64,000 bases of DNA from Guillardia theta CCMP2712 (GCF_000315625.1 NW_005434574.1:188224-252223); one strand, 5' to 3'. Numbered from the stretch's first letter, positions 10,645 through 27,508 are shown. Notes: generated by a model from the sequence alone, not told the origin. A program made the numbers and translations.

Positions 10645-12639
10645 GGTCACAGGACGAGCTGAGTTGGGGGAATATACTTTTGTTGCGTCATTCTACGCTC
10701 AGGGGGACTACAGGCTGAGGGCGGTGGAGCTTGTGGAGGAGATCGAGGCTTTCAGTGCGGGGTCCGCGCGCTGGATCCGTCACGTGTAGAGCTCCAATCA
10801 TGGCATCGCCGATGATCATAAATATGCTTTTGGATGAAGGGCCTGATCGAAACTCTCAGCTGACCCTCTTGTAAAGTTTCGATGACATGAGTCGTGACGC
10901 GGAACTTGGCGACATGGCCCGTCATAACGCAAACCGTAACTTACCCGGCAACTTTCACCATCACCGCAACTTGCCTCTTGATTGACTGAGAAAGAAAGGC
11001 AAACCTTGCCAGTTGGCAATCATCTCTGTCGTGGGGCGGGTCCGGCCGGGCGGGTTGTCGGGGAAGTACTGGAATTAAATCAACCAGATGAATTCTTCGA
11101 ATTAATCGATTGCTTCTAATCCTTGTTCCGTTCTCTTTCTTTACCTGAATCAAGTTCCTCCTCGCGCTCAGTACCTTTCATCCTCCTCCCCTCCCCTGTT
11201 GCCTTTCCTCCTCCCGGAGTCCACCATTTCCAAAACCAAGTCTCACCCAGCTCCTCCTCTCAGTCGTAGTGCGCAGGCTGTACACGTGTTCATCGATGAG
11301 ACAGCATTTGGCCAACCCATGAGGCTCAGTCCTGTTGTCTGCAAGAGAGAGGAGGAGGAGGACGATACTACGGAGGTAACTACACAGCCATGCGGAAGAA
11401 GACGTTGGTAGGAAGTCATGCCAGCATCTTGTGTGACACGCCTTCATGAAAATCGGTTTCAACAGTACCGGAGGACGTTCCGGGTGAGCTCGTGGGCTGA
11501 GTTGTAGAACGGCGCCGGCCCGGTACGAGCCCGCCGCCGGGCCCGCGGGGCCGGGCACTGCGCGCTGAGTAGCACTTCCCGGGCGACCGTCCGACGGTCC
11601 GGCCGCCGGCTGTACGGCCCGGCCGTGGTCACGGCGGACGGTCGCTGCATCAGGTAGGGTTGCAGGCAACTGGCAAGGGCATTCCGTTCGGTGGCGGCGA
11701 CTCAGTCCCGGCCGGGCCGGGCTGCCGGGGCCAGGCCAGCGTCTGATGTTGTACCCACCGGGCACTCAGTGACTTGTAACGATGTAACAGCATCATCAGT
11801 GCCGAAATAGCGAAAACTATAAGGGCAATATGAAGTTTTATTTGAAATACCTCCGGTACCGTGTCGGGTACATTTTGGTACTTCATCAGGCAAAATACCG
11901 ACTGTTATGCATACCATGCCCAACCGTGGCAGGGCGCATCTTGTACCGGGTGGAACTGGCGGCTAGTCGTAAACTCAGTACGGTACATACAACAGGTATA
12001 CGGTACTACCGTGATACAACAGGTATACGGTACTACGAGGATGAGGCTTGACCGTACGGTACATTATTAGCAAGATCTTTACGACACTATTCTTAAAAGT
12101 TTGAGTAAATTCAAACCTGGAGAGCAGCGCGTCCATCGAAGGTGACTTTATATTACCGCACTCAACTTGACTCGCGGGCGGCCGTTGAAGCTTGGCTGAG
12201 TCAGCCGGGAAGGGCCCGGGCCCCCGGGTGACTGTCAGTAAAAACCGTGTCAGTCTTGGAAGAAGTTTGTTTTATTTTTATCGTCAACTTCCGACCTGAT
12301 CGCTCGGTACGTTCTGTCAACTTCCGTACCACCCCTCTCCTCCCCTTGAAAACAACCCCCCGCTCCACCCCTGGCTCCACCCCATGACGGCCCCGTAGCC
12401 TGAGAGGTCGCAAGTCAAATTCATCTCTTTTTCCCTCCTCTCCTCTCCCCTTCCCTCCCCTCCCCTCCTCTCCCCTCCCCTCTTCTCTCAGTCGGCTGTG
12501 GTAAGTGCGGCAGGCTAGCGGCGAGTTCCGGCAAGGAACGATGCCATGATGCTCGGACGCCGAACCCTCGACTGCAAGAAACGCTCCTCTCAAGCAAAAA
12601 TACTGAGAGAGGCTTGCGTCCCTTGAGGACGACTGCCCC

Positions 12640-13851
12640 ATGGAAAGAACCTTCCTGCAAAAACAAAACCTACGCGCGAAGCCAGCTGAAGTCCAAACAA
12701 ATATGTGCCAGAGCGAACAATCACAACAAACTGAATTGCAAATTGAGCCATCAAAGGCAACCAAGGAACTGAAAATCGATACCGAAGATGTAAAGCTTAG
12801 ATTTCAGCGTAGACCCTCCCTTCAGGACGACTGCCCCATCTTCCTTGACCTCGTCTTCCACCATAACATCCTCAAGCAAAATGACATCGACCGCTGCGGA
12901 TCCTTCGCCATCCGTCGATCCTCCCTCACCTTCGGCGACGTCCTCGGCCAAGGCTCCTGCGGGGAGGTCAGGAGCGCCCTCTACAACGGCAGGCAGGTCG
13001 CCGTCAAGACCCTGTGCTCCAAGCTCGACGCCCGGTCCGAGGAGGGCAAGGACCTGCTCAAGGAGATCGGCATGATGAGCCACGCGTTCCGGCACAAGAA
13101 CGTGGTGGACTTCTACGGCATCTACGAGCACGACGGGCTGCCGTGGCTGGTGATGGAGCTGATGCCGGGGGGGAGCCTGGAGCAGTACTACGAGGCCAAG
13201 AAGAAGTCGCGACGGGACGGGCGCTGGCGGCCCAAGACGAGGAGGGCAGTGTCGTGGGTGGAGGACATCCTGAGCGCGCTGGCGTACCTGCACGCGCAGA
13301 AGCCGCCGGTGATCCACCGAGACATCAAGCCGGCCAACATGCTGCTGACGGAGGACGGGAGGACGGTGAAGATCGGGGACTTCGGGCTCAGCCGCATGTG
13401 TCCGCTGAGCCCGGGCAAGGCGCCGCTGACACCGGGAGGAGGCAGGGGGTCTGGCGGCTTCTTGTCGGACGAGTCGTTCATGTCGACGGAGCTGACAGGC
13501 ACAACGGGGACGTACCGGTACATGGCGCCGGAGATCTTCCGGGGAGAGGGTCAGTACACGGCGGCGGTGGACGTATACTCTTTCTCGCTGGTGATGTGGT
13601 ACATCTTCGCCGGGGAGCATCCCTTCTGCAACATCGACGGACACTCTGTGGCATGTATCAGTGCTGAGAATGACATGCGGCCCGAAGTGCTGTACAGGAT
13701 GCGGATACCGAGAGAGCTACAGGGGATAATGAGGCGATCATGGGCGGGGAAGGGGAAGGAGAGGCCGAGGGCGGCGGAGCTTCTGGAGGAGGTCGAGGCA
13801 TGGCGGATAAGGGGTGAGACATCATGCTGGTTGAAGGTACCTTGGAGATAA
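12640..13851 (+). CDS. TKL-type protein kinase copy 3 (conserved ATG at 12703)
   Basis: Same motif set; near-identical to copy 2. Confidence 0.93.
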   Translation: MERTFLQKQNLRAKPAEVQTNMCQSEQSQQTELQIEPSKATKELKIDTEDVKLRFQRRPSLQDDCPIFLDLVFHHNILKQNDIDRCGSFAIRRSSLTFGDVLGQGSCGEVRSALYNGRQVAVKTLCSKLDARSEEGKDLLKEIGMMSHAFRHKNVVDFYGIYEHDGLPWLVMELMPGGSLEQYYEAKKKSRRDGRWRPKTRRAVSWVEDILSALAYLHAQKPPVIHRDIKPANMLLTEDGRTVKIGDFGLSRMCPLSPGKAPLTPGGGRGSGGFLSDESFMSTELTGTTGTYRYMAPEIFRGEGQYTAAVDVYSFSLVMWYIFAGEHPFCNIDGHSVACISAENDMRPEVLYRMRIPRELQGIMRRSWAGKGKERPRAAELLEEVEAWRIRGETSCWLKVPWR

Positions 13852-14274
13852 GAGCACAGGACGAGCTGAGTTGGGGGAATATACTTTTGTTGCGTCATTC
13901 TACGCTCAGGGGGACTACAGGCTGAGGGCGGCGGAGCTTGTGGAGGAGATCGAGGCTTTCAGTGCGGGGTCCGCGCGCTGGATCCGTCACGTGTAGAGCT
14001 CCAATCATGGCCGCGCATCGCCGATGATCATAAATATACTTTTGGATGAAGGGCCTGATCGAAACTCTCAGCTGACCCTCTTGTAAAGTTTCGATGACAT
14101 GAGTCGTGACGCGGAACTTGGCGACATGGCCCGTCATAACGCAAACCGTAACTTACTCGGACTCGGCATTTCATCATCACCGCAACTTGCCTCTTGATTG
14201 ACTGGTTGGGTGACTGAGAAAGAAAGGCAAACCTTGCCAGTTGGCAATCATCTCTGTCGTGGGGCGGGTCCGGC

Positions 14275-14374
14275 NNNNNNNNNNNNNNNNNNNNNNNNNN
14301 NNNNNNNNNNNNNNNNNNNNNNNNNNNNNNNNNNNNNNNNNNNNNNNNNNNNNNNNNNNNNNNNNNNNNNNNNN
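14275..14374. other. Assembly gap (100 N); others at 15626-15725 and 60856-60955
   Basis: N runs. Confidence 0.99.
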
Positions 14375-14795
14375 GTGTGCTGCTACTGGAGGGCGGGGGC
14401 AGAAGGATGGCTGAGGAGGAGATACAGCAGCAGCAGGGGGGCAGGAGGAGCAGAATCAGGAGAGATAGAAGCGATGAAGACGACAATGACAGCGGTAATG
14501 ATGATGCTGATGATACGAGGGGGATAAAGAGGATCAAGGAAGGAAGGATAAGGTGAGGACGAGGACGAGGAAAGGCAGGCAAAGATCAACTTGTTGCAGG
14601 GCAGAGCAGCTTAAAAGGGATGCAGATGTCCCTTGCAAGGTGTGAGCAGCCCGTCTGACTTACAGATTGCTGTAGGAGGAGGGAAACGTCTCGTCGCCTT
14701 TCACGTCGTGGGACAAGGCCATGCTGCTCCCTCTTTGGCTCTGATCGCAAGGAGGAAAGGAGCATGCTAGACGACTAGTGGGTCGAAACGTATCC

Positions 14796-18359
<3,564 letters not shown>

Positions 18360-18789
18360 ATGATGTTGAGCCCTGACAGGATGTGCTAGTTGTACGAGAA
18401 TGGCAATGAGCTTATGTGAGTTCAATGGTGGTACACTGTCAAGAGAGCTGGGGGCTGGTGATTGGAGAAGCTCCTGATAGGCTCAGTTACTTCTGTATAT
18501 AAACTAGAGATGATTTGAACGCCATTCCCATCTCACCATCTAGGTCAGGTTGTACCTGACTCTTGTTGTCCTTCACCCTTTAATCTACAAAAGAATATCC
18601 AAGAAATACTTCTAATATTTACAGCAACTTCTGATTTCCTCCTATCCTCATCCTACCCCCCCCCCCCCCCACTCCTCTTCTGTCTCCTCTCCTCTCCTCT
18701 CCTCTCCTCTCCTCTCCTCTCCTCTCCTCTCCTCTCCTCTCCTTCTCTTCTCCTCTCCGTCAGTCCAACTTTACGTACTCTGCTGAACC

Positions 18790-21700
18790 GCAGCTTGCTA
18801 ACTTGGACAGGAGATATTCTGACGCCCCCAGCAGCTGCCCAGCCCGCTCCTCCTCCTCACCCCTCTTGGACAGGATGGACTCCCACTCCCAGTAAGGGAT
18901 GCCGATCAAGTGATATCCTGCGAAAGTTCAGCACCAGCTCAAGTCCAGCAGGAGCTGAGAAGACCCAGAGCTGCTAGGTGTCGCCAACGGAGGAGCATAG
19001 CTGCCTTGAGTGTCTTCCTGTCTGCTAGGAAGCAGTTCCGATCGTGCACCTGCCCGTTCTAGTCAGTGCTCTTGCTCCTCCGTCCTCTCGCCCGCTCCCC
19101 TTCAACCCCAAAACCTCTTCCCTGCTCGCATTCTTCCTTCCTCGCCCATTGTTCAAGTTCCCTTGCACCCTCACCCTCCTCTCCTCCTTCCCCACCCCCT
19201 CCCTTGCCTCCTTCTCCCTTACTATCACACGACCTACCTCCACGACGTACTGATCGCCAGGTTGCGACCCCTGAAGCAGAAGCACGTCCAGCCGATACCC
19301 GGATTCGACGTCAACTCTCCCTTCGATACAGGGGATCCCTGCAGAAAGAGGGAGGGAGGAAGGTCAGATCGCTGAAAGGGGAGGAGAGGAGGAGTGTAGA
19401 GGAAGGATCGAAGAGAGACGAGGGCAGTGAGAGAAGAAAGGGAGTTGAGAACAGCAGGAGCGATGGAAGCAGCTGTAGTGAACAGATAAGTGGTTGTGAT
19501 GATGATGATGATGATTTTGTTGTTGTTGATTTTGTTCTTGATCTTGTTCTTGATCTTGTTCTTGATGATGATGATGGTGATGATGATGATGGTCTTGAAA
19601 AGTATCCTCACCAGTGCGAGAAAACGTCTCTGCAATTTGCTTCCTCAACCTTCACATGTCATAGTCAAGTCAAATACTCAAATACCCCACCCTTCCTCTC
19701 CTCTCCTCATCCTCCTTCCCTGCATCCCCTCTAACATTCTCTCTTCTCGCCCGTGCTCAAGCTCACTTTGAAGGGCGCAGGTTCACTTTAAGGAAAGAGT
19801 TCTTTGCTCGCTCTTGCAATTCTGAAGTTTACATGTCAGAAGTTTTCAACACAAGTCAAATTCATCCTTCTTCACCCTGCCTCCCCTTGGTCATACTCTC
19901 ATTTCTTCCTTGCTCGGCTCCTCCCCCTTCCTCGCTGCCGTTTCCTCCTACCCTCCTCGTCCTCTCCCTTTTCCTTTCTCTCCTTTTTCCTTTTCCTCTT
20001 CCTCGATCCACTCTCTTCCACACACCTGATCGGACTACATGCATGTCGGGGTTATGTTCAATAACTCTCTTCAACTTTGGGTCCAGGGAGCAAGACAAGA
20101 AGAACTGCCGAGAAGCGATGAGAGGAGGATTGGACCGTTATCACTTCCACTCACGATATGCAGCAACGACAGGTCCATCTCTTGAAACTCGTTGATCAGC
20201 AGCTTGATTTCCCTCATAACCGACTCCTGACACTGTTGTAAGACAACCACCCAGCATGACCGACATGCAAGGTCGAGTACAATCAGCTCCACGTCTTCGA
20301 TCCGGAGCACAGCGATACTCCAGCAAGTCATGCTCGTCATGCCTCCTCGTTTCCACATGTTGTAGCTTCTGCTCTTGTTCTCGCACCCGCGTTCTTTCAA
20401 GCTGCTCTGCAGGTTTCTGGTGATGTTTGCAAGACGATCGTGCGAGATTCGAGGTTGTAAGATGGCGGCAGACCACAGGAGGAGTACAGCGTCCTGCCTG
20501 TTGATGTCGATGCTGCAGGAGGAAGTCAGGGAGCGGAAGAGAAGGAGACGAGAGAAGGGAAGAGGAGTACTCAATGGGGAAGGAGGAGATGAGAGGAGAC
20601 AGGGGGGAGGACGAAGGGGGAAGAGGAGACAAAGAGAGGTGGAGGTGAAAGTGGAGAGGGAAGGAAAAGGGAGTACAAGAAAGACGAGAGAAAGGAAGGG
20701 AGGAGGGAGGAGGGAGGAGGAAGGAGGAAGGAGGAGGGAATCTCAACAAGAGACAAGGAGGAACAATCCTCACCCTTCTGCTTTCCGAAGGAACATCTCA
20801 AGTTGCCCATGGGGCAGAGTTTCAGACAAAGAGGTCATCCCCCATAGTAAGTTGGAGATGCTCGTGACTGAGAATTCGTCTACCGCAAACAATCAACCGG
20901 CATCTTAACAGTTAGATCCGACTTTACCGATCTTCGAGAAGGCCGCCTGACAGATCTGCTGGCACGTGTCGTGCAGGATGCTTCTCACGTTGTTTGCATT
21001 CGAGATGGTCTGATTGTTGTGCTTGCTCTGGTCCAATCTCTCTTCATCACCTAGCGTCTGATTGGACAGCAAGACACGATTTTGCGGCTGCTGCTGTTCT
21101 ACATCTATTTTCCTTGCTTCGATGCGATCATCGACAGGAGATGTTCTGTATAAGATGGCAATGGACCAAACGGTCTCAGATAGTTCTTGCGGACCAAAGT
21201 CTTGAACTCTGAAAACAACATCATCATGGATCGCATTCCAGTACAGAGAAACGGGAAAAAATTCAAGAGGATAAAAGAACCAGAAGAACGAGAAGGAGAA
21301 AGAGAAGGAGAGCAATGGAGGAGGTGGTGGCCGCAAGACAAGGGCGAGAAGTAGAAGGAGGGCTGAAAGAGTTGCAGTGAAGATGGTGGTGGGACTGATA
21401 GGGGAGATGTGGAAACTTACATTGACACAATCCGATGGCATACGATCTTGAGAAAAGTAGGAGAGATTTTGATCCGCAAGTTTGCAAGAGCCCAAAGAAT
21501 GCATGCGACGTTATGAGCTGAGAGAGATTGGGAGATAAAGCTGATACAGGTCACATCAGTGAGAAAAAGAGACGAGGAGATGGAGGAAAGCACGCGAGGG
21601 AGTAGAGGATTGAAAGGAAGAGAATGGGATGGGAGAAATGAAAAGAAAGCCGGAGGGATTGAGGCAAGGGGTAATGAAACTGGGTGGGAGAAGGAGCAAG

Positions 21701-24700
21701 CGAAAGAAGCAAGAAAGACGTTGGAGCGTAGGAAGGAAGGGAGGAAGCAAAGGAGGAGAACGAGGAGCAGGAGAGGAATGGAAGCGAGAAGAGGAGGAGA
21801 GGAGCACTAGGAGGAGACAAGCGAGAGGAGGAGAGGAGCAGTAGGAGGAGACAAGGGTCTACCTGATATGGGCCAGCAGCCTCGCAGCAAGAACAGGCGC
21901 CAGAGCCTTTCCAAGAATGGCGTGAGACCTACACATGCTTGTCAGGATCAAACTTGGGCCATAGAAGAACTCACCAGAGAAAGTCAGAGATGTCCTGAGC
22001 CTGAAACGCCTGCAGACCCGTGTGATCTTCCGAACACTCTCCTTCCTTCAATCTCGTCTCTCCTCTCCTCCAGCCCCCAAGTCTCCAGCTGCAAACTCCT
22101 TCTCCTGTCCTGCCCCTCCCCGATGCTCTCCGAACTTTTTTCCGATGATTTGCCGCAAACCGCTGTATAAGCCTCTCCCTCCTCCCTTCCATGCCTTCAT
22201 ATCACCTAGTCCTCTTCCTCTTCCTCTTTGTCAGCCACAAATCCACATACCTGCACGCACGACAGAGCACGGGCAGACAAACGGATGTAAAGGAAGTCGT
22301 CGGGCTCGTTCTGCAGCAGCCCGTGCGACCAGAGAATGTCGGTCATGTCGCTACACACAAGTCAAGGTTGCCACGATCTTACAATAGCTGACAAGTTGAG
22401 CACCGTAAATTGAAACTTTCAATGTTGACAGCAGCCCGCTCGCTCAGTGCTAGGCAAAGATCCTACAAAGAAACTTTGAAAGGTGGAAAGAGAGGTAGGG
22501 AAAAGACAGAAGGGTATGACGCGATGAGGAAAGTGATTTTGACATGATAGCTTGATCACATCAAGGAGATGAGAAACCGTGAAGGGAATTGGAAAATCCG
22601 GCAAATCTTCAGATGGGGCGAGCATGCAAGCTCTTACCTTGTGCATCCTAACCGAGAGAAGAGCGAAGGAGACGAAGATCGACGATATTTCACTCGCATT
22701 CAACTCGTTGACGTTTTGGAGGAGACCCTGGTTTAACTTACTTTCCCAGGATAACAGCAGAGCAACTCACTCTCGAGATCCCGTCGAGCTTGCCGGGTGG
22801 GAGTTTGAACTCAAATATCGCAATAGACCACAGGAGTCTGCAGAGATCTCTGCCTGTCAAGACATTGACGTCTTTCACTGTTCCTTCGAAAAGATCCTGC
22901 AGGAAAGCTCTGGAGACAAGAGACCCCTCCTCTCCGCCCTCTGATAGTTCGCAAAGAGAGATCGCCCATAAGATTGAACAACACTGGGATGCAGACAACA
23001 GCAACATGTCCTCGTGGACTCTGAGGAAAAAGCGTCAGAGATGCCAGCATGGCGGTATGAACGTCGAGGGTTCACTTGGAAAGCAGAAGCTTGATGATAT
23101 CTGGGGGAGGCTGAACTCTGACGATCGTCAACGATTCAAGGATGTCTACAACAACATGGTCAACAGTTTGAAAGAGCACGATTCATAAAAGTTCATCAGA
23201 GTCAGAATCATGTTCGTAGTTGTCATCATCATTGTCATCATCGTTCTGAGCAATCGCAACCACAGCTGCATTACATGCAAGGTTCTGACTTGAAACATCA
23301 TCCTGCAAATTCGTCATGTCATATCAAATCCAAATCAAGTACCTTGTGAAGCCTTAGCTTCTCCCACATCTCCTCCAAGATGCGCGGAGAAAGATGACGA
23401 TTGATGGACCCAGAAACTGTTGAAAGAGGTTCATTACATATCATAGTCTCCAAAGAAAAGCCTTCTCCTTTGACAACCTTGCAGAATACTTGAAAGCTCG
23501 TTGATGCTTATTTGTTCAGATTCTTGTAGAAGGCGCTTGCACAGCAAATCGAACACTTTATCTGTACAATCGATCAGAAAACCAAACAGTTATGTTGCAG
23601 GTTTGGACCTGCATTGTCCTTGGTCACTTTGGGCATCTTCCTGGAAACAATATCCTTATCGTCTTCGCCAACAGTTTGCTGTGCAATCAGTCAACCACTG
23701 GCAAGCTTAAAAGCATCTACATTCTCAAAGTTGGTAACTGAATCCTTGTCCACGATCATTTGCTGAAGAAGAGAAAAGGCCGCTGGAACTTTCATCGCGT
23801 GAAACAAATTCAACTGTGACATCTCACATGTCAATGCAATGTAAACGACAATGACTGGGCAAGAGGAGGAAGGAGGAGAGGATTACTTGCAAATCAGTCT
23901 AAGTAGGGGACACACAGAAGAAAAACTAGAGTTCTGACGAAGCATGACAGAGAATGCAACAACTCAAAGGCTTTTACAACGGGAGAAGGTCAATGACGTA
24001 GGAGGTTCACCAAGGCATTGTTGTCCACAGACTGGTGAGATCTTGCCCTCGCCACCTGCTCAGACGTCGACTTGTCGATAATCTGAGAGAGAGGGGTCAG
24101 ACAAAAGAGAGGAGCCTTCATGCCTATCGGGCACATCACCTTGTCTGTGGAAGGTTCCTTCTCCTGTGCGATAAGAAAGACAGGCGCTCGCATCCTTTTC
24201 TTCACGGCATGCCTCCTACTGCTACACGCGCGTCAGAAATTATTGGCTGTCCTCATCGGCAATCTGAACACATCTTGTTACTTACTGGTTGATGGATGGC
24301 CGCCGAAAATCTGCAGAGATGTTACTAGAAGAAAGACAGCCAGATGTAACCATAAAGTAGGGGTTGAACAAACAGAAAAACCGAGATTAAATTACTTGTC
24401 GTCTTTTTCTTCTGCATCTTCACTATGATAGTCTCATTGACAATCAACAAGACAGGATTTTCAGAGATGCTCCTCGACATGTCGAACAGACATGTAAATA
24501 ATATGCTCACAGCACTTTTATGTCCCGACATGCAAAAGTTGCCCTCAACACGGCATCGTGCTACCAGGATCACAACCAAACATCTCACTTCGAAACTACT
24601 ACAAGCCTGACTGCACACCATTCCCACCTCCATCATTGCCCTCTGCTCACCCCATTGCTTCTACAACCTTTTGTATCCACTACCTGGCTTGCCGCAACTT

Positions 24701-24937
24701 CCACACAAGATTTTACTTTCCTCCTTCTCTCCCGTCTCTTCCCTCCCCTCTCTTCTCTATCCGCTGTTCTCTCTCCTCTCTGCTCTCTCCTCTCTGCTCT
24801 CTCCTCCTCCACTTTCCCCTCTCTTCCCTCTTCCCTCTCCTCTCTCCTCTCTCCTCTCTCCTCCTCCGCTTTCCCCTCTCTTTCCTTCTCTTACCCGTGC
24901 TCATCGTGCGCACCGCTCTCCGAAAGAGCGGCAGCAT
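18790..24937 (-). CDS. Helical-repeat (OPR/FASTK-like) RNA-binding protein with C-terminal RAP-like domain, multi-exon; ends approximate
   Basis: Repeats FGPQELSETVWSIAIL, LTGRDLCRLLWSIAIF, RQDAVLLLWSAAIL; RAP-like ESGYRLDVLL...YVVE and MLLRWRHLAALG; candidate start MLPLFRRAVRTMST resembles a mitochondrial presequence. Confidence 0.6.
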
Positions 24938-26266
24938 TGAAGTTTGTTCAGCCTGCTTCTTCAATCCGACTGATTCTCGAGGTTGAAACCGATTCAATAC
25001 CAATTGCGCTCGGGCTCGGAAACGCACTGCGGCCCGGCCCCCCGCACACGGTGTCCCGGTCGCGCCGGGCGGCCGCGGGTCCGATCGGGCCGGGGGGGCG
25101 CGGCCCGGTCGGGCCCCGGGTCCGAGGGCCGGCCGCGGCGGCCGCGGCAGCGGTCAGTCCGATTCCGAGCCGCTCGGACACTGCAGTAAGCCTTTACCGT
25201 CAGGCTCTACTCAAAGTTAAGTCAAAAATCAGTACGGTACTCTGTGACGGTACGACTGACAGTGAGGACAATCAGGAGACACGGTCGGTGTCAGGCTCAG
25301 TACTACTAAGGCTACTGCGGCCCGGCCAGCCGCCGCTTGTTCAGTGGACTCGACTCAGCCGCGTCAGTCCGGGACTCGAGGCTTGATCGCACCGCGGCAG
25401 CCCGGGCCGGGCTGTCGGAGCCGCCTACGGTGTACGGCGTACGGCCTGAGCCTAAAATAAGCCAATGACTCTGATCGGAGGTCATGCCAACTTGCAACGT
25501 GACACGGTCAAGCCTCCTCGACTCTCCTGATTGTCCTCGTACTGATTTTAACTTAACTTTGAGTAAAGACACCGTGGCACGGTTAGTGAGCCTCGGAGCC
25601 GCCTTAGTACCGGGTGTACGGCGTACCGTCGGCCTGAGCCTCTAAAATAAGCCAGTGCCACTGAGCGGCCGCCCGATCGGTTGAGAACCGTTGAAAAAAC
25701 TACTAGTCATATGACTGGCAGGTAAATTTTACAAAGTTTTAGGCAGCCTCCGACTGTCACTAGAGTCACGGGCCCGCCTTGTTTTTACACTGCTGATGTA
25801 GAGGTAGAGACAAAATCTTTAGTCATCCTCCTATCAGGTACCGGTCGTCGCGTTCTTGGATGACAGTGTATTTTAACTTTCGGGCATGAACTTGGATAGA
25901 CTACCCACCCTTTTGTAGTTGAAGTGCTTTAAATCAGTGGGTGGGTGCGAAGTTGTCTCAACTTTTTCTCCGTTACATGGCGGTTAAAAAAGTCTGCTGG
26001 TTAACTTCAAAGAGAACTCGGACCCCCCAAGTGTACTGCATGACCACCCCTTTTAGGGGTCCTTTTCAGATCCTTAAGTTGCGCTACTAAACGCATTACT
26101 AAAGAAAAAATCTTTTACTTCAATCCAGTCCGACGCCAAGTAGAGCGTGTCGGAAGTAACAGCAAGTTGAAGATCAAAGTATGAACACAATCATCATCAA
26201 CAACAAAGACAACATCTAGTACTACTACACCAGGAAAGAACCTTCCTGCAAAAACAATACCTACAC

Positions 26267-27508
26267 ATGAAGCCAGCTGAAATCCAAGCGAATATGTGCC
26301 AGAGCGAACAATCACAACAAACACTTGAAATAGAGATCGAAGAATCCTCAGAAATATTCACCATCGATAAGCCCCCAGCCAAATGCAACGCAGATGAATT
26401 GCAAATTGAGCCATCAAAGCCAACCAAAGAAATGAAAATCGATACCGAAGATGTAAAGCTTGGGTTTCAGCGTAGACCCCCCCTTCAGGACGACTGCCCC
26501 ATCTTCCTTGACCTCGCCTCCCACCATAACATCCTCATGCCTGATGACATCGACCGCTGCGGATCCTTCGCCATCCGTCGATCCTCCCTCACCTTCGGCG
26601 ACGTCCTCGGCCAAGGCTCCTGCGGGGAGGTCAGGAGCGCCCTCTACAACGGCAGGCAGGTCGCCGTCAAGACCCTTTGCTCCAAGCTCGACGCCCGGTC
26701 CGAGGAGGGCAAGGACCTGCTCAAGGAGATCGGCATGATGAGCCACGCGTTCCGGCACAAGAACGTGGTGGAGTTCTACGGCATCTACGAGCACGACGGG
26801 CTGCCGTGGCTGGTGATGGAGCTGATGCCGGGGGGGAGCCTTGAGCAGTACTACGAGGCCAAGAAGAAGTCGCGACGGGACGGGCGCTGGCGGCCCGAGA
26901 CGAGGAGGGCAGTGTCGTGGGTGGAGGACATCCTGAGCGCGCTGGCGTACCTGCACGCGCAGAAGCCGCCGGTGATCCACCGAGACATCAAGCCGGCCAA
27001 CATGCTGCTGACGGGGGACGGGAGGACGGTGAAGATCGGGGACTTCGGGCTCAGCCGCATGTGTCCGCTGAGCCCGGGCAAGGCGCCGCTGACACCGGGA
27101 GGAGGCAGGGGGTCTGGCGGCTTCTTGTCGGACGAGTCGATCATGTCGACGGAGCTGACAGGCACAACGGGGACGTACCGGTACATGGCGCCGGAGATCT
27201 TCCTGGGAGTGGGTCAGTACACGGCGGCGGTGGACGTGTACTCTTTCTCGCTGGTGATGTGGTACATCTTCGCCGGGGAGCATCCCTTCTGCAACATCGA
27301 CGGACACTCGGTGGCCAGCATGGCAGCCAAGTACAACTTCCGTCCGTCGCTTCTTAACGATCGGGTTCCGAGAGAGCTACAGGGGATAATGAGGCGATCA
27401 TGGGCGGGGGAGGGCCAGGAGAGGCCGAGGGCGGCGGAGCTTCTGGAGGAGGTCGAGGCATGGCGAGGTAGGCGTGCGGGGTGTAGAGGTGTCTTCTCAT
27501 GGAGATGA
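26267..27508 (+). CDS. TKL-type protein kinase copy 4
   Basis: Full motif set, intact ORF. Confidence 0.93.
   Translation: MKPAEIQANMCQSEQSQQTLEIEIEESSEIFTIDKPPAKCNADELQIEPSKPTKEMKIDTEDVKLGFQRRPPLQDDCPIFLDLASHHNILMPDDIDRCGSFAIRRSSLTFGDVLGQGSCGEVRSALYNGRQVAVKTLCSKLDARSEEGKDLLKEIGMMSHAFRHKNVVEFYGIYEHDGLPWLVMELMPGGSLEQYYEAKKKSRRDGRWRPETRRAVSWVEDILSALAYLHAQKPPVIHRDIKPANMLLTGDGRTVKIGDFGLSRMCPLSPGKAPLTPGGGRGSGGFLSDESIMSTELTGTTGTYRYMAPEIFLGVGQYTAAVDVYSFSLVMWYIFAGEHPFCNIDGHSVASMAAKYNFRPSLLNDRVPRELQGIMRRSWAGEGQERPRAAELLEEVEAWRGRRAGCRGVFSWR

Larger units (their letters stand above)
3570..14274 (+). repeat. Degenerate tandem segmental duplication (~3.2-kb units) carrying kinase genes
   Basis: 3760-3912 recurs at 7105-7243 and 11265-11427; 7440-8010 recurs at 11635-12220 and partly at 8570-8960; 9499-11045 matches 12703-14274. 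Confidence 0.85.
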
